Below are positions 59,629 through 64,000 of a stretch of 64,000 nt of DNA, in pieces. Position 1 is the stretch's first letter. Every line of letters begins with the position of its first letter. This DNA comes from Acidobacteriota bacterium (GTDB taxonomy: Bacteria > Acidobacteriota > UBA6911). The translations under genes were made by a program, and so were the position numbers. The stretch lies in NCBI GenBank assembly GCA_963664705.1, contig OY761556.1:4864001-4928000 (forward strand). The letters are read 5' to 3'. Below the pieces are notes generated by a model that had not been told where the DNA came from, did no database searches, and was given only the letters and a program-made list of their open reading frames with translations.

Positions 59629-60735
59629 CTAGGCTGTCGTTTTTTCTCTCATCAGCAAACCAAGAGTGACGCAAACAAGGATGCCGACGATCACCGCAAC
59701 CGGACCATAGGGACTGGGACCGGCCGGAGAGCTTGCCAGATTGAAATTGTGGGCAAATCCTGCGCCGACAAGCATGCCTATGACAAAGACGGCGGCATCG
59801 CCATCCCCTTCGCCGGACAAAAAGACCTGGCGGCCGGGACATCCTCCCGCCAGAGTAAATGCCAGGCCGGACAAAAGCATTCCGGCAAAATTCCACAATC
59901 CAAAGGTGTGCGCTATCGGCTGCTCCGCAAAACCGGGCTTAAATTGCCCCAACGCCAGGTTGGTTACAAATGAGGCCAGAACCAAAGCGATCACTCCGCT
60001 GAACAGATTCACATTTTTCAGGAGGATCAGATCCCGCACGGCTCCGACCGTACAGAATCGGCTGCGCTGCGCCAGAAACCCGATCAGCAAACCGGCAGCC
60101 AGGGAAATCCATATTCCCGCATGTTGGCTGCCGGGACCTTTCGCCGACAGAAATATCGGACCGATGGGTTTACCTTCCGGATCCCGCCCCAGTTGCGGCG
60201 CAAGGATCAATAAAAGCAGCAGGCCGATCATCAGAGCAGGCATTACCCATCCGAGCACATTAGAAGCCGGATGCGATCGCCCCAAGCTAAAGCCCATACG
60301 CAACAGGACTACGCCCACTGCAACCCCCGCTGCCAAACCGAGAATTCCCAGAAGTGCATTCCAGTCGCCGCCGCCCAGACGCAGAAAAGCGCGCCAGGGA
60401 CAACCCAGAAACACGAGAGCTCCGATCATGGAAAGAGCGCCCAGAAGAAATTTGATGAGCGGAGAAGATCCGGTGCGTGGACGGAATTCACGAAAGATCA
60501 ATGCCGCAACAAGAGATCCCAATATAAAACCGATGATCTCGGGCCGTATATATTGAACGGTGGCCGCGCGGTGAAAACCCAGGGCTCCCGCAATATCCCG
60601 GCTGAAACAGGCAACACAAACACCCATATTGGCAGGATTGCCCAGCTTGACCAAAATGGGAGCCAGCACACCCACCGCTAGCCCCGTGACAATTATTCCC
60701 CCGCGGGAAGACAGGAAACGGCCAATTGCGGACAT
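59629..60735 (-). CDS. yedE: YedE-family putative selenium-metabolism transporter (YeeE/YedE)
   Basis: GNPANMGVCVACFSRD, YIRPEI, FLGCPWR, QRSRFC, GGCPGRQ; AAGGAA RBS. Confidence 0.92.
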   Translation of the reverse strand: MSAIGRFLSSRGGIIVTGLAVGVLAPILVKLGNPANMGVCVACFSRDIAGALGFHRAATVQYIRPEIIGFILGSLVAALIFREFRPRTGSSPLIKFLLGALSMIGALVFLGCPWRAFLRLGGGDWNALLGILGLAAGVAVGVVLLRMGFSLGRSHPASNVLGWVMPALMIGLLLLLILAPQLGRDPEGKPIGPIFLSAKGPGSQHAGIWISLAAGLLIGFLAQRSRFCTVGAVRDLILLKNVNLFSGVIALVLASFVTNLALGQFKPGFAEQPIAHTFGLWNFAGMLLSGLAFTLAGGCPGRQVFLSGEGDGDAAVFVIGMLVGAGFAHNFNLASSPAGPSPYGPVAVIVGILVCVTLGLLMREKTTA

Positions 60736-60821
60736 TATATTTATTCCTTTCGTTTCAACTTGGATTACATTGCCAGGAACATATTTTCACTATCGCTATT
60801 GTCGCTGTTGCCAGGCCTACC

Positions 60822-61667
60822 CTATGAAATAGCATCTTGAGTAATTGGCAAATACCCGACCGCATCGGACCGGCATCGCGTGCAATGATGCATCTGCCGG
60901 ACATAGGGACTCGCCCGCTGTCTCAACCATCTCATCTTTTCCTCACTGGGAGCCGCTATGCCCGCCATTTCTGTTCCAGCCAGAGGGATCAACGGCAGAA
61001 AATTCATCAAGTCCACCTGGAGGTTGCCCAGGTTCTTGGCAAGAAACGGCAAATGGTGTTCATTGATTCCAGGAACAACAACAGTGTTGATCTTGACGAT
61101 GATTCCGGCAGCTTTCAAACGACCGATGGCTTCGAGCTGCGTAGATATCAGGCCATGAGCCGCTTCCATACCTCTGAAGATTCTTCCGGCAATCGAAATC
61201 CACGGATGCAGCCGCGCCCCGATGAAGGGATCGATTGCATTGACCGTGATCGTTACATAGCCGACGTTCAAGGCGGACAAGTGCGGGATAGAGCCCATCA
61301 CATTCAATCCATTGGTGGAGACGCACAAAGCAATGTCCGGATTTTTCCTGCGAATAAGCTCAAAGGTCTTCAAGGTGCATTCCGGATCACAGAAGGCATC
61401 TCCCGGTCCCGCCACCGCCGCTACCGAGATGTGCGGCGTTTCTCGGAGTACCTGTTCCAGCCGCTCGGATGCTTCTTCCGGGCTCAACACGCCGGTGCAG
61501 ACACCGGGTCGGTTTTCATTGGGACAATCATGATCGCGGCGGCAATACGCACATTGGATATTGCAGGACGCAGCTACAGGCAGATGCACCCGCCCATATT
61601 TCCCTTTGGCCCCGGCATAAAAGCAGGGATGAATTTTCTGTTGCGTAGGCACGATGGCAGATGACAT
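60822..61667 (-). CDS. nifB: NifB-family radical SAM (SAM domain only)
   Basis: HPC, CNIQCAYC, ENRP, AGPG, TITVN and CTRCRSDAVG are all present; no NifX-like domain. Confidence 0.85.
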   Translation of the reverse strand: MSSAIVPTQQKIHPCFYAGAKGKYGRVHLPVAASCNIQCAYCRRDHDCPNENRPGVCTGVLSPEEASERLEQVLRETPHISVAAVAGPGDAFCDPECTLKTFELIRRKNPDIALCVSTNGLNVMGSIPHLSALNVGYVTITVNAIDPFIGARLHPWISIAGRIFRGMEAAHGLISTQLEAIGRLKAAGIIVKINTVVVPGINEHHLPFLAKNLGNLQVDLMNFLPLIPLAGTEMAGIAAPSEEKMRWLRQRASPYVRQMHHCTRCRSDAVGYLPITQDAIS

Positions 61668-62471
61668 TTACGCTTTCCTCCCAGGGCGCCCGATGTGAAT
61701 GGCGTCACGAGGGCAAAGGGATGTGCAGTCGCAGCAGTTTGTGCAGTTGACCTCTGCAGGGCGAGTTCCCATTTCACAAACTTGAAGGCATTGATTGCAG
61801 CCGTCGCATTTGTCGTCTTTGTAAACCTTAAACAGGGAAAGCGATTTGATAATTTCCAATGCGCCGCCCGTGGGACAGGCAAACCGGCACCAGGCGTTGG
61901 CAAGGAGCAGTCCCAGCAGGACGAATCCCAAAACAAAAACGGACCGGATCAGCCAGAGCGGATGCGCGTTCTTGAACGTAAACGCGAACGAAGCGAAGAA
62001 CTCTCCGATTCGAATCGGCACAGCTTCACGCGGTTGTCCATAAGGCAGCCAAATGCAGAGCGCCACCAGCAGCCCGATATACTTAAAATAGGGTGCGGTC
62101 TTCGTAAAACCGTTTCTGATTCGCAGCTTTGCCGACGATGCCATTCCAAGCAGTTGATGGAGTAATCCTCCGGGACAGAACCAACTGCAAAAAGCCCTGC
62201 CAAAAACCAGCGCGGAGATAGGTAGCAGGAGCCAAAAGCCCCAGAACATCGTGAGAAGCCTGCCATGACAGGTAATGACCGGGCAGTTCTGGCAGCTTAC
62301 GTACGGCACTATGAAAGGGCAGCGAAAAATGCCGTAAAAGGACCACTGCCCAAGAACAGCCAGCGAAGCGCACTGAGCAACCCGACGCCACCGGGTAACC
62401 GGCGCTGTTTTGCTTTCCTCCCCTGACAATTCGTTCATCACTGCAAGCTGAGCCACGTTGACCTTAGACAT
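61668..62471 (-). CDS. Membrane polyferredoxin (NapH/MauN-like 4Fe-4S binding protein)
   Basis: CP...SCQNCP..TC, FCSWFCP, WCRFACP, CDGCNQCLQVC, CTNCCDCTSLCP. Confidence 0.85.
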   Translation of the reverse strand: MSKVNVAQLAVMNELSGEESKTAPVTRWRRVAQCASLAVLGQWSFYGIFRCPFIVPYVSCQNCPVITCHGRLLTMFWGFWLLLPISALVFGRAFCSWFCPGGLLHQLLGMASSAKLRIRNGFTKTAPYFKYIGLLVALCIWLPYGQPREAVPIRIGEFFASFAFTFKNAHPLWLIRSVFVLGFVLLGLLLANAWCRFACPTGGALEIIKSLSLFKVYKDDKCDGCNQCLQVCEMGTRPAEVNCTNCCDCTSLCPRDAIHIGRPGRKA

Positions 62472-63333
62472 CTTTCACCCCCAGTTTCTCAACCAAACGA
62501 CGCCCTTCATCCGACATGGCGGGGATAAAGCCTGCGGACTGAAAGAATCCCTGTCCTTCCTCCGACAAAATGAAATCCACAAAATGATTGGCCAGTGCCT
62601 TGTCGCGTGCGTTTTTCATCACGCCAATGGTGAAGGTCAGCGGACCGGCAGGGAAAAATTCCTCAGGGATTGGAAGAACCTCTACTTTTCCGCTGAAGAG
62701 AGGCATCCGCGTCAACCTGCATTCAACCACGGACACATCCCCTTTTCCCTTTACCAGATCCTCCATCGTGCGCTGGACGCAGCTGCCTTTGATTACAGCA
62801 TTTTTCATGGCCTGATCCAGAACTCCAGCCTTTTTCAGCAGCCCGGTGACCGCTTCTCCGCCCGGCGCTGAGGCATCGGGAGCAAGAATTACCCTGACCC
62901 CCTGCTTTGCCAGGTCCTGTATAGCTGAAATGCCCGCGGGGTTGCCTTTCGGCGTGACCAACACATAGGAAGTAAAGCAGAGCGGCTTAAAGAACGACAT
63001 TTTGTTCGCGCTGCGCAGCTTCTGGGCCAACGCGAGAACTCTTCCCGCAAATACCTCAGTGGTTGCGCTGCCCAAAAGCGATTTGCCTAAGGCGGCGGCA
63101 AAAGCACCGGTAAAAGCGATCTCAATTCCGGTCTTTGTCCGGTATTGCTTGTTTGCAGGAATAAAGGCTTCCGCCAGTCCACCACAAGCCCAGACCTGAA
63201 GCGTATTCTGCCCAAACGATAGTGATTCCGAACCGGCTGCGGCAACCGTTGCGCCTGCTGCGGCCCCGGTGGCGACAGTCAAAAAGGCCCTGCGGTTCAA
63301 GAGGGATTGCGGTACTGTTTCAGTCATATGCAT
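62464..63333 (-). CDS. ModA-like substrate-binding protein with Tat signal
   Basis: NRRAFL Tat motif; LQVWACGGLAEAF; PKGNPAGI...DLA; FILSEEGQGFF..GF. Confidence 0.8.
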   Translation of the reverse strand: MHMTETVPQSLLNRRAFLTVATGAAAGATVAAAGSESLSFGQNTLQVWACGGLAEAFIPANKQYRTKTGIEIAFTGAFAAALGKSLLGSATTEVFAGRVLALAQKLRSANKMSFFKPLCFTSYVLVTPKGNPAGISAIQDLAKQGVRVILAPDASAPGGEAVTGLLKKAGVLDQAMKNAVIKGSCVQRTMEDLVKGKGDVSVVECRLTRMPLFSGKVEVLPIPEEFFPAGPLTFTIGVMKNARDKALANHFVDFILSEEGQGFFQSAGFIPAMSDEGRRLVEKLGVKDV

Positions 63334-63394
63334 TCTCGCCTTTGAAAAGGTCGCGTAATCGAGTCTTAATTAATGGTGTTGAGACGCGTTTTAT

Positions 63395-63553
63395 CTAAAC
63401 CTGCGCATCTCCAAGTTCAGCCCGGACCATATTGCTGGTTTGAGAAAGGAACGATGCTAATTCGGAATGCCCGTGAGATCGGCCCGCCCACAGATTCGTC
63501 CAACAACCCGGTCAGATGACGATCCTGTTTCACGTAAAGCCGAATACGTTCAT
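63395..63553 (-). other. Candidate leader ORF with two in-frame UGA codons (possible Sec)
   Basis: AAGGG-8nt-ATG; MNVFGFT*NRIVI*PGCWT...AQV-TAG; a hairpin follows each UGA. Confidence 0.3.
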
Positions 63554-63592
63554 TACGAAAGCCCTTGCGGATTCAATATAGTTAAGAAAATC

Positions 63593-63628
63593 CTTATACA
63601 TATATGCTATCTATATGTCAAATAGATA
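63593..63628 (-). promoter_or_regulatory. Sigma70 promoter of the selenium-associated operon with overlapping LysR-type palindrome
   Basis: Minus strand TTGACA(63616-21)-17nt-TATAAG(63593-98); palindrome tatctat-7-atagata (63608-63628) centred on the -35. Confidence 0.7.
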
Positions 63629-63701
63629 TATTTTAGGTTAATTATCGTTGTTTGAGAGAGCGAAACATCATTACTTTGCCGGTATTGTTTAACGAGGGAC
63701 C

Positions 63702-64000
63702 ATGGAACTGAGATATATCGAGATATTCTGCGCAGTGGTAGAACTGAAGAGCTTTTCCAAGGCCGCCCAGGCGTTGCATCTGACTCAACCGACGATCAGC
63801 GTGCATATCAAAGCCCTGGAAGACGAGTTTTCGACCAAGCTTCTGGACCGTCTTGGCAGAACGATCCTGCCGACCCAGGATGGCGAAATTCTTTACAGGT
63901 ATGCAAAAGAGATCGTCACTCTGAAAGAGAATGCGCGCAAGGCGATGGAAAGGGTCACCGGCACGGTGAGCGGCAAGCTTACTATCGGCGCAAGCACGAT
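63702..64000 (+). CDS. LysR-family regulator (selenium-metabolism-associated type by context), 3'-truncated
   Basis: Own translation: MELRYIEIFCAVVELKSFSKAAQALHLTQPTISVHIKALEDEFSTKLLDRLGR...GKLTIGAST; GAGGG RBS. Confidence 0.9.
   Translation, partial: MELRYIEIFCAVVELKSFSKAAQALHLTQPTISVHIKALEDEFSTKLLDRLGRTILPTQDGEILYRYAKEIVTLKENARKAMERVTGTVSGKLTIGAST

Noticed and set aside
59741-61664. Long plus-strand ORFs (271 and 275 aa), and similar antisense ORFs throughout the window
   Set aside because: They are shadow frames opposite well-supported genes in GC-rich DNA and have no motifs.
60822-61667. Evidence of nitrogen fixation
   Set aside because: No nifHDKEN in the window; nifB alone does not show diazotrophy.
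57467-63333. Selenocysteine readthrough within the operon's main genes
   Set aside because: All seven ORFs look full-length with Cys at the motif positions and end in TAA/TAG; no internal UGA is needed.
63334-63590. Moco/tungsten riboswitch ahead of the ModA-like gene
   Set aside because: I could not recognise the conserved Moco-motif elements by eye; an Rfam scan would be needed.

Overview
Gene-dense bacterial window, probably from an Acidobacteriota-like anaerobe. That guess rests on the Oar/carboxypeptidase-regulatory-type TonB receptor, the tannase paralogs and the REP style. In order: ferredoxin-nitroreductase, a DGGGP-synthase-like UbiA prenyltransferase, a methyltransferase and a cNMP/degenerate-AAA+/polyferredoxin membrane fusion (1-5.6 kb); secreted esterases, a sigma54 activator and an OYE flavoenzyme (5.6-16.9 kb); a PAS hybrid kinase; two convergent glycoconjugate-modification operons (two B12-radical SAMs, three GT-C enzymes, GT2, two CDP-sugar epimerase-like genes, carbamoyltransferase with sxtJK-like partners) flanking a 136-bp tandem repeat and a TonB receptor (20-42.6 kb); a HEAT protein and an NrfCD plus multiheme cytochrome module (43-50.4 kb); outer-membrane barrels, TerC and NhaR (50.7-55.1 kb). 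The most striking part is 57.5-64 kb. It is a tightly packed minus-strand operon of selenium-associated genes (YedE, cysteine desulfurase-like, DUF3343, divergent LysR). It also carries a NifB with all six signature motifs but no other nif gene, and a Tat-exported Cys-containing ModA-like protein with no ABC permease. Its ~250-nt leader holds a small ORF with two in-frame UGA codons (one in a U-P-G-C motif), each followed by a SECIS-like hairpin. No rRNA, tRNA, CRISPR or transposase was recognised. All calls are by eye, with no database search.
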